From the IMG/VR virus record IMGVR_UViG_3300043442_000893, positions 11,296-75,295 of that record: a stretch of 64,000 bases of DNA; one strand, written 5' to 3'. The notes under the pieces are model-generated. The model searched no databases and was not told where the DNA came from. It was given only the letters and a program-made list of their open reading frames with translations. Positions 47,293 through 56,338 of this stretch are shown piece after piece. This stretch comes from a virus (lineage: Duplodnaviria; Caudoviricetes). The translations under genes were made by a program, and so were the position numbers. How positions within the stretch are numbered: the stretch's first letter is position 1; each line of letters starts with the position of its first letter.

Positions 47293-47662
47293 TCCTCAGC
47301 TCTCCACCAAGGGCTTTTACGGCCTCGCTAGCGTCCTCTGGTGGGGCCTTTTCAATGAGAATAGACGGGACAATGGCATTGGGGAGGGGCGTGACTTTGG
47401 CATCAGGAAATAGTTCGTGAGCCTTTTCAGCAAGAGCGTTTGCTTTTGTTTCCCGCTCGTCTTCTTCCCATCGTTTAACCAGCGTGATTGCCTGCTGATC
47501 AATTTTCTTTATTACTGCTTTGGTTTTCCATTCCGACCAATCAGGGCGGCAATGAGCCATGAGCATTTTGAACCATGGCTTCAATGCAAGAGAAGGCCGC
47601 CTTGAGGCGGCCCATAAGGCTAGTTCATAGCAAAGTGCATTGAACCAAGATTGCCAATTCAT
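47258..47662 (-). CDS. Hypothetical protein, lysis region
   Basis: ATGA-coupled to the endolysin. Confidence 0.65.
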   Translation of the reverse strand: MNWQSWFNALCYELALWAASRRPSLALKPWFKMLMAHCRPDWSEWKTKAVIKKIDQQAITLVKRWEEDERETKANALAEKAHELFPDAKVTPLPNAIVPSILIEKAPPEDASEAVKALGGELRITYQLPDQEAP

Positions 47663-48603
47663 CCTTCTTGAAAAACTGAAATGTATACTGTGCCAGTTTT
47701 AGTCAGAGGAAGAATCTTGTCGCGCAAGTCAATATTGTGACAACGCACGCAACCATGAGTGGGGACAAGAGGCTGCTTTGGAGCCCATGCTCCAGGCCAA
47801 CCATTTGCACTTCCGCCACCATGGGTCATAATTCCTGCCCTGCCACTACCAGCTTCTTGATTTTCTAGTTCGACCATGTCGAAGCTATACCAGCCGTAGG
47901 CCATAAGAGTGCGATCATATGCAGGCTTGTCGCCCACTCGCTCATAGTCTTTATAAATAGCGCCAATCTTGTAAATTCCAGGCGGCGTGTCTGAATTTGT
48001 GATTTTCCATTCAAAATCACTGTATTGCCCACGAGCGAGACACGGGATTTCCCATAAAAGCTTTCCTTCAAAAGAGAAAGCTTTCATGGTTTCCACTGCA
48101 TCGTTCACAATCAAATGTGAATCGCCTTTCTTAAAGCCAAAATCTTGCGGACGTTTTTTAGGGCCAATCATAGTAAAAGCAGTGCTCTCAGGGGCATATT
48201 CCTTCATGAGCTTAGACAATTTTGCAGGATAATCTGGATCAGTGGCATACGATTGCTCCTTGAGCATTCGTGCTGCTGCATAGCGATTTGGAGCATTATT
48301 AATGCCCTTGAAATGACGATAGTCTTTATACCAACGAGTGATCAAATATTCAATGCAAGCAGCAAGACTAGGAAAATCAATGAATCCAGCTTTGATGGTC
48401 ACCCATTGGCCATCGTAAAATTCTTGCGTGGTAGTAGTAGTGCCTTCGCCTTTTGCACCGATGTAATTGTGGGTGCCAGACACGTGATTGCCAAAGCCAC
48501 TCTCTAAGCAGCATTGTGCCGCTACCAGTTCAGGGTAGCGAGCGCCATATTTACGGGCAATTTGGAAGCATTCGTTCCAAAAAGCCCGGTTTGAAGGCCA
48601 CAT
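47659..48603 (-). CDS. Endolysin: GH73 glucosaminidase plus L,D-transpeptidase-like domain
   Basis: AAQCCLESGFG, NYIG.K, YATDPDY..KL; TPPG.Y, HGGG...PTHGCVR. Confidence 0.85.
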   Translation of the reverse strand: MWPSNRAFWNECFQIARKYGARYPELVAAQCCLESGFGNHVSGTHNYIGAKGEGTTTTTQEFYDGQWVTIKAGFIDFPSLAACIEYLITRWYKDYRHFKGINNAPNRYAAARMLKEQSYATDPDYPAKLSKLMKEYAPESTAFTMIGPKKRPQDFGFKKGDSHLIVNDAVETMKAFSFEGKLLWEIPCLARGQYSDFEWKITNSDTPPGIYKIGAIYKDYERVGDKPAYDRTLMAYGWYSFDMVELENQEAGSGRAGIMTHGGGSANGWPGAWAPKQPLVPTHGCVRCHNIDLRDKILPLTKTGTVYISVFQEG

Positions 48604-48607
48604 GGCT

Positions 48608-48751
48608 TCAGTCCTTCACGCGGAAGATTGCCTTAAGACCAGTCAGCAAAAGCTGGATAACGTTGTTTTCCTTGTAGGGAGTGCGTTCGATAATTTGGTC
48701 AGCAGCAGCAACAATGATGCCACCAATAACGAACCATTCAATGCCGCTCAT
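48608..48751 (-). CDS. Putative holin (47 aa; below the ORF-track cutoff)
   Basis: MSGIEWFVIGGIIVAAADQIIERTPYKENNVIQLLLTGLKAIFRVKD; TM helix; immediately upstream of the endolysin. Confidence 0.6.
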   Translation of the reverse strand: MSGIEWFVIGGIIVAAADQIIERTPYKENNVIQLLLTGLKAIFRVKD

Positions 48752-48781
48752 GACGAGAGATGCAATGGAGATATAAATAGC

Positions 48782-49000
48782 CTAGCGTTCAATCTCTAGA
48801 TTACGTACTCTATTTTCCATCTCGCTCATCTTGTCTGTCAGAGTGGAAAGCTTTTCTGTGACGGTTTCAATTTGCACTGCCACTCTCGCTTGTTGAGTGC
48901 CCACTGCAATGAGCATAGCTCCAGTTGACAGAAGCATGCCAGCCGTAATAGTGGCTACGAAATTTGCAAGGCCGTCCTTGAAACTGTCCATAGCCATCAA
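48782..49000 (-). CDS. Membrane-anchored coiled-coil protein, lysis cassette
   Basis: One TM helix followed by a coiled coil ending RVRNLE. Confidence 0.65.
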   Translation of the reverse strand: MMAMDSFKDGLANFVATITAGMLLSTGAMLIAVGTQQARVAVQIETVTEKLSTLTDKMSEMENRVRNLEIER

Positions 49001-49076
49001 TCAATACCTTCATTCTATAGAAGAACGCGAGCTGTTAATTAACGTTAAACTATGGACAAGACAACTAAATAGTGCC

Positions 49077-49559
49077 ATGCCAAGAGCGAATGGTCCTGAT
49101 GAGCTGCTTTATTCTCTCATTGAACTTCGCCCTGGTGACGCAAAGCGTAGGTTTCGCAAGAGCATTTTTGAAGACTATTTCTTGAGAGGGCCATTCGGAC
49201 AATGTGCTTGCGCGTATTGCGGAGAATGGAAAGAAAAGCTTACGATTGATCACATTGTTCCTAAGAGCAAAGGCGGTCCGCATTTCAGTCGTTGGAACAT
49301 GCTTCCCGCATGCAAGGCCTGTAATCTTAAGAAGGGCAGCCTTCCAATGCTTGAGTGGTGGCGAGTGCAGCCATTTTGGACGGAAAAGCGAGAAGAAATT
49401 GTGATGGCATGGGTGTATTGCAATAGCTTTGTTAGTGCTCACACTGATCAGAAGGAACTTGAAGCATGGTGCGAGAAGAAAGGGATTGTGCTGCCGCTGC
49501 ATCAGACAATTGAGCATGAAAAAGCCCCCTTCTGGGGGCTTTGTTGTAGTGCCGCTTAG
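49077..49559 (+). CDS. HNH endonuclease
   Basis: AKRRFR..I; CAYCG; [12 protein letters not shown]; N..PAC..CN..K. Confidence 0.9.
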   Translation: MPRANGPDELLYSLIELRPGDAKRRFRKSIFEDYFLRGPFGQCACAYCGEWKEKLTIDHIVPKSKGGPHFSRWNMLPACKACNLKKGSLPMLEWWRVQPFWTEKREEIVMAWVYCNSFVSAHTDQKELEAWCEKKGIVLPLHQTIEHEKAPFWGLCCSAA

Positions 49560-49903
49560 CTCTCGACGGGAGCAAACATCACTTGTTTTCCTGGGAGATC
49601 GTAGCGAATGCCCGGCATGGGACAGAATCCTCCTTCGCATTGTTGAGAGGCGTTCTCAAGAGCTTCAACTGCTTCTTGCTGTGGCTCATTTTCCATATTA
49701 AAGATGAGAAGGTCAAGGTACCAGCTTGCTTTCTTCAAATCCTCCAAACCATTCTTGTCTTCATAGCGCCAAACATATTTGATGATATTTCCTTTTAGGA
49801 AACCCCTAAAGTCGTCTTTGTCCATTGAGGCTTCAATGGCCTCAATACATTCAATGCCACCGTTTTTGGCATAATGACGGGGATGGTTTACGGCGTCAGT
49901 CAT
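49556..49903 (-). CDS. DUF3310 protein (T7 gp1.7-like)
   Basis: [23 protein letters not shown]...KNG.EDLKKA.WYL. Confidence 0.88.
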   Translation of the reverse strand: MTDAVNHPRHYAKNGGIECIEAIEASMDKDDFRGFLKGNIIKYVWRYEDKNGLEDLKKASWYLDLLIFNMENEPQQEAVEALENASQQCEGGFCPMPGIRYDLPGKQVMFAPVES

Positions 49904-50610
49904 TAGAAGGAAGATTGGTGAAGGTCAAAAGCCTCGAAGGCTTCTTTAAACAATGGACGAGCGAGGGAGGCAAGCGCTTGAGCATAGGCTTGAATTTCGC
50001 CTTGGCTATCGGCCTTGTCTCGCAATGAAATGAAATGCAACAAAGCTTGCAAGCTACAGGTCCAGGTGAAGGACGTGTAGGTGGACATAGGCAGAATGCC
50101 CCGTGCCTGCTCTTTGCTCACTCCTAACGTCAGCAGCGCTTTGTAAGCCTGCTTGGTTTGCTCTAGAGCCTTGGCGTATTCAATCATGGCCACTTGGTTC
50201 ATGCTGGGCTCTAGGGGGCCGCTAGAGGCCTGCTTGTTACTAGGGCTTTGTTGGCGGAACCCACGAGGCATGTAATAGGCTTCGTCGTCAGCTTCGCAGT
50301 AGCGGAAGCTTTTCTCATTCCAGCCAAGTGTGTCATTAGCGAACGTACCACCAATTACATGCTTCCACCATTGCCGACAAATGAACAATGGAGCCTTCAC
50401 TTGCCATTTTGTGACCACGCCACGAAATGGACTGGTGTGTTGATGCTTAACGAGATAGTTCAGCAGCTTCTGGTCCTTTTCAGACCATTCGCTGCTTGTT
50501 TGATCAAAGCTTTGGCGAGCATCGCAAACAATGTCGAGGGAGCTTCCCATCCAGTCGATGAGACGCACCATGCTGATGCCATCCATCAGCGGATCAATTT
50601 GATTCATCAT
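49903..50610 (-). CDS. thyX: FAD-dependent thymidylate synthase
   Basis: HTSPF, PLFICRQW.KH, NEKSFRY, EQARGILP, LR....Q.EI. Confidence 0.93.
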   Translation of the reverse strand: MMNQIDPLMDGISMVRLIDWMGSSLDIVCDARQSFDQTSSEWSEKDQKLLNYLVKHQHTSPFRGVVTKWQVKAPLFICRQWWKHVIGGTFANDTLGWNEKSFRYCEADDEAYYMPRGFRQQSPSNKQASSGPLEPSMNQVAMIEYAKALEQTKQAYKALLTLGVSKEQARGILPMSTYTSFTWTCSLQALLHFISLRDKADSQGEIQAYAQALASLARPLFKEAFEAFDLHQSSF

Positions 50611-50816
50611 TCAGCCTTGTCAGTGGCAATGAGAAAGCGAAAAGTGGCAACAACCAGCACCCAATTCCAAAAGCCAAGCACAAAGCCGGGAAACAGTAGG
50701 CCACTGCAAATGCTTACAAGCCATGCGCGTAGGCACAACATGCCAAAAGCTACGAGCAAAACGGCCGCAGTTTTAGAGATGTCTTTAAGAAGATCGTCAG
50801 TTGCCTTGGTAAGCAT
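50607..50816 (-). CDS. Small membrane protein
   Basis: Two hydrophobic segments; operon context. Confidence 0.6.
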   Translation of the reverse strand: MLTKATDDLLKDISKTAAVLLVAFGMLCLRAWLVSICSGLLFPGFVLGFWNWVLVVATFRFLIATDKAE

Positions 50817-51123
50817 TGGTGATCAGCGAGAGAGGCCGAAGTCGTTGCAAACTGATTGTAGGAGCAATGTCCGTAGCTGAATGCCAGCGTACTCGTGCCT
50901 TTCTGGCTCGTCCGCTTGCATCAAAACCTTCAATGGTGCCAACAATGGAAGAAGGCATCCACCCTGCTGCTGTACGTTGTACGTACACAACGTCCTGTCC
51001 TGGAAGCCATTCATGGTTGCGAGGCGTGCGAGGGAGCTTGTAAGGACGGTAGCCCGTCCCGCATTTTACGGCATTCTTCCCATCGTTCACCCGATAAACA
51101 AACTGCTTGCCAAATCGCTGCAT
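50797..51123 (-). CDS. Hypothetical protein
   Basis: ATG ORF of 108 aa heading the minus-strand operon. Confidence 0.6.
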   Translation of the reverse strand: MQRFGKQFVYRVNDGKNAVKCGTGYRPYKLPRTPRNHEWLPGQDVVYVQRTAAGWMPSSIVGTIEGFDASGRARKARVRWHSATDIAPTISLQRLRPLSLITNAYQGN

Positions 51124-51153
51124 GGCTAGGCTAAACGAAACAATGCAAGGACA

Positions 51154-51528
51154 ATGAGCACTTTCTCCATTCCAATCGGCCTAAAATACAATGGTCAAGA
51201 TTGTATTGGCGTTATGGGGCCTTTTGAACGGAGCATGGAGCGAGACTTCGCTCTCGTTGCTAATAAGAAGGCGCTGAGTGAATGCAGCGACATTGACAAG
51301 CTGCGTGAAGTGGCTTGCACAATGATGGAAGGTTGGAGCAATATGCAAGAAGCAGTGACTGCCTTGGTCAAGGAGAATCTTGAACTGCGTCAAGCAATGC
51401 AGCTTCAAGAACGCGATCTGCAAGCTGCTGATGAGCTTCTTGGTGAAGCTGCTGAAACCGTTACGCGCTTCGCAGAAAAGCAGCAATCTGCTCAAGCCAA
51501 AAAGTTTCCTTGGCCGTTTGGGTGGTAA
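51154..51528 (+). CDS. Coiled-coil protein, possible NblA-like helix-loop-helix
   Basis: SMERDF..(helix)..SDIDKLRE..(helix) resembles NblA SLEQQF spacing; weak. Confidence 0.4.
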   Translation: MSTFSIPIGLKYNGQDCIGVMGPFERSMERDFALVANKKALSECSDIDKLREVACTMMEGWSNMQEAVTALVKENLELRQAMQLQERDLQAADELLGEAAETVTRFAEKQQSAQAKKFPWPFGW

Positions 51529-51823
51529 GAAGGAAGACTTTCCAGCCGCCGATGGTGGCAAGATTAAACTTGCGGGCATCACGCTCGTAGCCTGAGCCGG
51601 TTACATGCCTTCCACGACTAAAGGTACCTCCTTGTATTTCAATGAGCGAGCGAGAAGGAAGATGCGCAAAATCGGCTCTATAGCGTTTGGAGCGCTTGCT
51701 CTTGGCGTAGCGCTCTTGAAAATCCACCTCCCAAGTCTCGACATCGCTGTATTCCCTAATCAATGGAAGATCGGGAAACCGTGCTTGCCACAGTCCGAGA
51801 AATTGATCTTCAAGAGCGCTCAC
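51461..51823 (-). CDS. Vsr/DUF559-like PD-(D/E)xK endonuclease
   Basis: S.LE.QF, YRADFA, IEIQGG...GRH..G.GY..D..K.N.A...GW. Confidence 0.82.
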   Translation of the reverse strand: MSALEDQFLGLWQARFPDLPLIREYSDVETWEVDFQERYAKSKRSKRYRADFAHLPSRSLIEIQGGTFSRGRHVTGSGYERDARKFNLATIGGWKVFLLTTQTAKETFWLEQIAAFLRSA

Positions 51824-51826
51824 TGA

Positions 51827-52423
51827 TCAGACGGCAGCAAACGTTACGTTAGCGCCTTGGTTTTGATACTTGCCATCTCCATAGTCACTTCGTGAGTCTT
51901 CATTGAGACGAACGAACATGACTTGCACAATCCCTTCGTTGGCATAAATGCGAACGGGAAAAGCCAAGGGATTGACAATACAAATAGTGAGATGGCCAGA
52001 CCAACCAGGCTCAATTGGCGTAACGTTAATGATCGTGCCTTGTCGAGCATATGTGCTCTTGCCGTCAGTGATCCCCATAATGTTAGACGGCATTGTCAGG
52101 AGTTCCACACTCACGCCAAGAGCGTAGGAGAACGGCGGTAGCACGAAGAACGTTGAGCCATTCTTCTCGATGGGCTCCGCTTCCACCATGAGCTCCTTGT
52201 TGAAGGCCTTCACGTCAAGCACTTCGCCTTGGCCAATGGCAGCAGCGTAATTATTGATGACCATGAAGCCTTTCGGGGAAAGGCTCAGATCATATCCGGC
52301 ATGACTGAGTCCGTATGAGAGGGCTTTTGTGCCATTGGGAAGCTCTCTGGTTTTCTCTGCGACGAAAGGAAAAATAATATCATTTTCAGCAAGAATGCTG
52401 ATTTCCTTGTCATTAAGAAGCAT
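51827..52423 (-). CDS. dcd: dCTP deaminase
   Basis: SYGLS..GYD, GKSTYAR.G...N.TP.EPGW.G, YANEG..Q, KYQNQ. Confidence 0.93.
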   Translation of the reverse strand: MLLNDKEISILAENDIIFPFVAEKTRELPNGTKALSYGLSHAGYDLSLSPKGFMVINNYAAAIGQGEVLDVKAFNKELMVEAEPIEKNGSTFFVLPPFSYALGVSVELLTMPSNIMGITDGKSTYARQGTIINVTPIEPGWSGHLTICIVNPLAFPVRIYANEGIVQVMFVRLNEDSRSDYGDGKYQNQGANVTFAAV

Positions 52424-52476
52424 GGCTCAAAGAAAAGAAAAGGGGCTCTTAAGAGCCCCGTTTGCAAGATGAAAGC

Positions 52477-52881
52477 TTATTTGCTTACATCCATGGTTGG
52501 AACTGGCAATCCACCCTCAGTTGGCACATAGATTGTGCGATTGCCTTTTTCGCTGCCCTCTTGGAGGCCAGTGATGTAAAGGTACTGAAGGTAGCGAGGA
52601 TTGTCTTTAAGACTGTCGCCGATAATGCGATTTGCCTCTGCAACACCTTTTGCTCGTTCCACTTCAGCTTCAGCAAGCTTGGATGCGGAATCCATTTTTG
52701 CTTGAGCTTCTAGAACTGCCACTTGCCGAGTGTATTCAGCCTTCTGCAGTTCTGCTTTGCCATTAAGGCTTTGCCGCCATACGTTGTACTGGGGGCCGCC
52801 AATCAAAGAAAGTGCGACTATACCAATCACTGAAAAAGCGACTACGGCGGCGACAACTGAAAATTCCCTGTCGTCGTACAT
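52477..52881 (-). CDS. Membrane-anchored SPFH/band-7-like coiled-coil protein
   Basis: TM helix; P.YNVW..G.A.L; RAKGVAEAN.IIG.SL; IYVPTE.GLP. Confidence 0.75.
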   Translation of the reverse strand: MYDDREFSVVAAVVAFSVIGIVALSLIGGPQYNVWRQSLNGKAELQKAEYTRQVAVLEAQAKMDSASKLAEAEVERAKGVAEANRIIGDSLKDNPRYLQYLYITGLQEGSEKGNRTIYVPTEGGLPVPTMDVSK

Positions 52882-52884
52882 GAA

Positions 52885-53154
52885 TCAGAAAGGATCGTCA
52901 GAGAAGCTTTGCTTGGCCTTATTGCCGTTGTCCCACATCGAAGCGTAGGCTTTGGGAGAATTGTCAAGCTTGTTGACAGTCACTTGCCCTTTGAAATGAG
53001 GGGCAGTATCCTTATCGCGCTTGTCATTGTCCCAAAGAGCGAAACGCAGGGAATAGTTTCCTTGGGGGTTGGTACCAGCTTTCTTCATGGCATTGAGAAT
53101 GTCGGGGGTAAGATCGACAGTGCCAGAGAAAGCGGGAGAATTGCCAGCGGGCAT
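52885..53154 (-). CDS. Putative single-stranded DNA-binding protein
   Basis: Short OB-like pattern (P.F.G.V); acidic C-terminus SDDPF; beside exonuclease and SSAP. Confidence 0.65.
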   Translation of the reverse strand: MPAGNSPAFSGTVDLTPDILNAMKKAGTNPQGNYSLRFALWDNDKRDKDTAPHFKGQVTVNKLDNSPKAYASMWDNGNKAKQSFSDDPF

Positions 53155-53225
53155 TGAGTGGTCCTCAGAGGAGTGTAGTAGGCCCTGGAAGGGGCATCAG
53201 AAGCATAGCGCTATGGACGGAGGAG

Positions 53226-53990
53226 TCAAGCCCCACGGTCCATAGAAATTGTTAAGGGGCGTCCGCCTGGGTAGTGGTCGAAGAAGAACTGCTGCACCTT
53301 CTGCACCATGATGCCTGCCTGCATGGCAAGCTCCGCTGCTGAAAGGCTTACAACTTGCGCTTCCTGACCAGCTCCCGTGTCGGGATCGTAAATAGCAATG
53401 GCACAATGTGCTTCATTGACTTCGATGTCATACATCTGTTCAATGGCTTGCACGTAGGCGCCAAGCTGCATGCGATAGTCGGCTAGCTGTGTATCAGGCT
53501 TTGCCTTGTAGCTCGTTTTCCAATCCAGCAGCGCATAGGCGCCGCTGTTCATTTTGGCGAGCATATCAAAGGTGCCTGAGTAGCCAATTTCTTGCGCAGG
53601 ATCGTACCAAGCAATGGCGCTTTCGACAAGCAGCGGACTATCTACGCGCTCAAGAAAACCAACGATGCTTTCAAAATAAGGCACGTAGTTTTCATGAGAA
53701 TCAAGATGCGTTTGGATGTCTTCGCCATTCCAGAAATCTTCTAGAACACCGTGAAGCCAATTGCCTCGATCCACTGCATTACGAGTGCGACGATTAGCCT
53801 CTTCATCCCCGACTTTCCTGCGCCAGTTCATGAGCGCTGCAATCTTGCCAGGCGATGAACACGCGCTCGCAATAGTTGTCACAGAGGGCAAAACAAGTCC
53901 TTCTGGGACATTTGGAAAATTTTGCAAGTGATAATAACGTTTCTTCTGAATCTGGAGCCGGTTGGGTTCGTAGCGGGGAAACGCTGGCAT
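53226..53990 (-). CDS. PD-(D/E)xK exonuclease (Cas4/RecB-like)
   Basis: LPSVTTI, RG..LH, YSGTFD, DWKTS, QLGAY; start could be TTG at 54032. Confidence 0.88.
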   Translation of the reverse strand: MPAFPRYEPNRLQIQKKRYYHLQNFPNVPEGLVLPSVTTIASACSSPGKIAALMNWRRKVGDEEANRRTRNAVDRGNWLHGVLEDFWNGEDIQTHLDSHENYVPYFESIVGFLERVDSPLLVESAIAWYDPAQEIGYSGTFDMLAKMNSGAYALLDWKTSYKAKPDTQLADYRMQLGAYVQAIEQMYDIEVNEAHCAIAIYDPDTGAGQEAQVVSLSAAELAMQAGIMVQKVQQFFFDHYPGGRPLTISMDRGA

Positions 53991-54028
53991 TTGAAGGGAT
54001 GCAAGGCATAGATCGTAACAAGCCACTT

Positions 54029-54238
54029 TCAATCATGATTCCTGATGTGAGAATCAATGTCGTATTGCGTGTCCTCTATTGCGCGCCGAAGTTCAATGAT
54101 GTCACTCTGAAACTCCCCTAAAATATTAAACAGCTTTTCAATACTCAAGCCGTTTTCTTTCATCAAACATTTCGCCATCATTCGCCCATCGAGAGAAAGT
54201 TCGTCGGACGCAAGAACTGTTTCTTTATGAGTTGTCAT
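54029..54238 (-). CDS. Hypothetical protein
   Basis: Translationally coupled ORF. Confidence 0.55.
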   Translation of the reverse strand: MTTHKETVLASDELSLDGRMMAKCLMKENGLSIEKLFNILGEFQSDIIELRRAIEDTQYDIDSHIRNHD

Positions 54239-54555
54239 TTTTCGTTCATGTCCCAGAAATAGTCGCAGCCTTCTTCATCGCATGGAGGCGCAGCGAAATA
54301 GCTCTGCCAGCGACTTGCAGGCGCCATGTAGCGCCAACAATTTTCTTTAATAGGGCATTCGCCCCCCAAGCACATCGCAATGTCAGCCATGAGAATAGTT
54401 CGAGCAGTTTGACGGAGGAATTGCTTATCAACCAAAGGATGATTAGCAATGGTCTCAAGAACAGCAGCAATACGACGATCACTGCTAAGCGTGTCTTCAG
54501 GAAAGCTCCAGAACGCTTCATGACAAGCATCAATTAGAGAGCGACGATTCTGCAC
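54235..54555 (-). CDS. Hypothetical protein with Cys-rich C-terminal domain
   Basis: DIAMC.G..CP.KE.C.RY...QSYF..PP....C.YFW small phage domain; start uncertain. Confidence 0.65.
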   Translation of the reverse strand: MQNRRSLIDACHEAFWSFPEDTLSSDRRIAAVLETIANHPLVDKQFLRQTARTILMADIAMCLGGECPIKENCWRYMAPASRWQSYFAAPPCDEEGCDYFWDMNEK

Positions 54556-54742
54556 GCTTTTCTTCCATTGTTTCGTATTCTTCAACCATGGTTGCCATTG
54601 CAGCCATTATTGAAGTTTCAAAGAAACCACAGGCCAAAACAAATTGCTTGAAATGCTCAACAATTTCAGGACAATAAATGTTATGGAATGAATAGGAAAC
54701 CTTGGTTTCTCCTTCTTCGTAAAGAAAGGTGAACCGGCTCAT
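54530..54742 (-). CDS. Hypothetical protein
   Basis: MSRFTF...F.QF..ACGF; ATG at 54742. Confidence 0.6.
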   Translation of the reverse strand: MSRFTFLYEEGETKVSYSFHNIYCPEIVEHFKQFVLACGFFETSIMAAMATMVEEYETMEEKRAESSLSN

Positions 54743-54879
54743 GGAAGAATCAGCGAAAGGATAGAGAGAATCGACAGGGCAATGATCAGGCATACGAAGG
54801 TAACGAGAAGGAACAGGCCAAGAGGATCATTCGCCAAATAGGGCGGGAGGAAGCTCAGTAATGGGAATGGCATCATCAT
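54739..54879 (-). CDS. Small membrane protein (about 46 aa)
   Basis: Long hydrophobic helix LGLFLLVTFVCLIIALSILSILSLIL; ATGA-coupled to the next gene. Confidence 0.45.
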   Translation of the reverse strand: MMMPFPLLSFLPPYLANDPLGLFLLVTFVCLIIALSILSILSLILP

Positions 54880-54943
54880 CAATGCAAACTGCTCCAGCAA
54901 AGGCCCGCGCTAAGCGGGCCGCTGCCAGGTCTATTGCTTTTTT
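54827..54943 (-). CDS. Predicted -1 frameshift extension of the SSAP
   Basis: A_AAA_AAG at 54943-54937; GC hairpin downstream; -1 frame AIDLAAARLARAFAGAVCIDDDAIPITELPPALFGE*. Confidence 0.6.
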   Translation of the reverse strand, partial: KKAIDLAAARLARAFAGAVCIDDDAIPITELPPALFGE

Positions 54944-55884
54944 GCTACGAAAGCTTTCATGCCTTCAATAATGGCGGCAGTATCTTCAAGGCCGCGCACG
55001 GCATTGATTTCTTCAGTCATTTCAGCTTTGCTGATGACAATTTGCTCCTGCTTGGCCCATAGCGTCATCATTGCTGCGACGACGTTTCCGAAGGCTTGCC
55101 AGCTTTTGACTTCCGTGGCGCGAGCAAGTCCAATGCTTTCAAGAGCAGCTTTGCCTGCAGCCATAGAAGCTTTCTCGTCGGCATAGTTCAACGGATTGGC
55201 TTTGCAAACTGCTGTGAGAGCTGCTTTTGCGTCGAAGGGCTCAGCGGACCCTGTATCGGCGGCGGCAGTAGCCCCTTCCGCTCCAGCATCAGAAGTGCCA
55301 CCAGTAGTTGCCGTCGCATCCTTCTTGGCCGCACGAGCAGGCTTTGGGACATCTTGCTGCAGCGCCGGTTTCGGCGCTTCTTCTTTAGGGATGTCTTCTC
55401 CGGCATAGAGCCGAAGACCAAGGCCCGTGAACGTAGCAATGGCCTTGACGCTCGCACGTTGGATGTTGTCGCTAATGGCACGACCATCAAGCTGCTGAAT
55501 GGAATTGTGCTTCCTGTCCATCACGGGGAACACGAGAGCAGGCGTGCGACGCACGCCGTCTGTGAGATAGGGACGAAGGATGAAAGCGCCAGGCTCGCCA
55601 AACACAGGCCAGCCAATAGTCTTCTCTTCAAAGGCCACGAAGAGCGTCGGGAAATGCTCCTTCAGATAGCGGAAGGCAAAAGGCCACGACAGGTAGGAAA
55701 GGCCTTTGTAGTCCTTTTCAATGTGAGGTCCGATGTCAGGCGTATCGTAAGCAGCGCGAAATGCTTCAGCGCTGATTTCGAGCGGAGTGAACATACCAAG
55801 AGAACGTTCAATCATTGCTTGTTTTGCGGGATCTTCCATGCTGGAAAAGTCGGAGGGGGAATAGGTGAGGATGGCGTGATTCAT
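54931..55884 (-). CDS. Single-strand annealing protein, Sak3/DUF1071 (Rad52-like)
   Basis: IEK...LSYLSW..A, PVMD.K.N.I, I...IQRA.VKAIA..GLGL.LYAGEDIP. Confidence 0.88.
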   Translation of the reverse strand: MNHAILTYSPSDFSSMEDPAKQAMIERSLGMFTPLEISAEAFRAAYDTPDIGPHIEKDYKGLSYLSWPFAFRYLKEHFPTLFVAFEEKTIGWPVFGEPGAFILRPYLTDGVRRTPALVFPVMDRKHNSIQQLDGRAISDNIQRASVKAIATFTGLGLRLYAGEDIPKEEAPKPALQQDVPKPARAAKKDATATTGGTSDAGAEGATAAADTGSAEPFDAKAALTAVCKANPLNYADEKASMAAGKAALESIGLARATEVKSWQAFGNVVAAMMTLWAKQEQIVISKAEMTEEINAVRGLEDTAAIIEGMKAFVAKKQ

Positions 55885-56072
55885 TCTTCTGGGAAGGCAA
55901 AATGCCAATCAAGAAGGTATTCTTCGCTTTCCCTATCAAAGGAAAGCCGTAAGTCAAGCACGAGCACTCCAGTATCAGAAAGAAAGCAATCAAGACAATG
56001 AATCACATCATGATCCATTTTTTTCATCCGAGCAGAAAGCTCAGACGTTGTGAGATTGGGAAAGTCCATCAA
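55881..56072 (-). CDS. Hypothetical protein
   Basis: Coupled ORF in the operon. Confidence 0.6.
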   Translation of the reverse strand: MMDFPNLTTSELSARMKKMDHDVIHCLDCFLSDTGVLVLDLRLSFDRESEEYLLDWHFAFPEE

Positions 56073-56338
56073 TCCAAAGAAGCCACGGCCTTGTAGCCGA
56101 AAGGCTGATATTCGCCATACATGATGACAAACATCTTGGAAGGCATTTCGCTTTTGACAAGCAAGCTGTCACCAGGAAGGGGCCAGTCGTTGATTGCCCT
56201 CACGTCAGTGGGCTCTTCCAAGCAATTAGGATCGTAGTTCTCGGTGAGAACGCCTTCTTCCCAAAGCAGCTTCACTTCAGTATCGGGATGCTCCAGAAGA
56301 AACTCTTCGCAAGCAAATTTAAGCTGAGAAACCTTCAT
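56069..56338 (-). CDS. Hypothetical protein
   Basis: MKVSQL..PD.EV pattern; coupled ORF. Confidence 0.6.
   Translation of the reverse strand: MKVSQLKFACEEFLLEHPDTEVKLLWEEGVLTENYDPNCLEEPTDVRAINDWPLPGDSLLVKSEMPSKMFVIMYGEYQPFGYKAVASLD

Noticed and set aside
53226-53990. CRISPR-associated Cas4
   Set aside because: No cas genes or array, and no four-Cys Fe-S pattern; the SSAP/SSB context indicates a recombination exonuclease
55096-56001. 301-aa plus-strand ORF
   Set aside because: Antisense to the SSAP and its neighbour; no motifs
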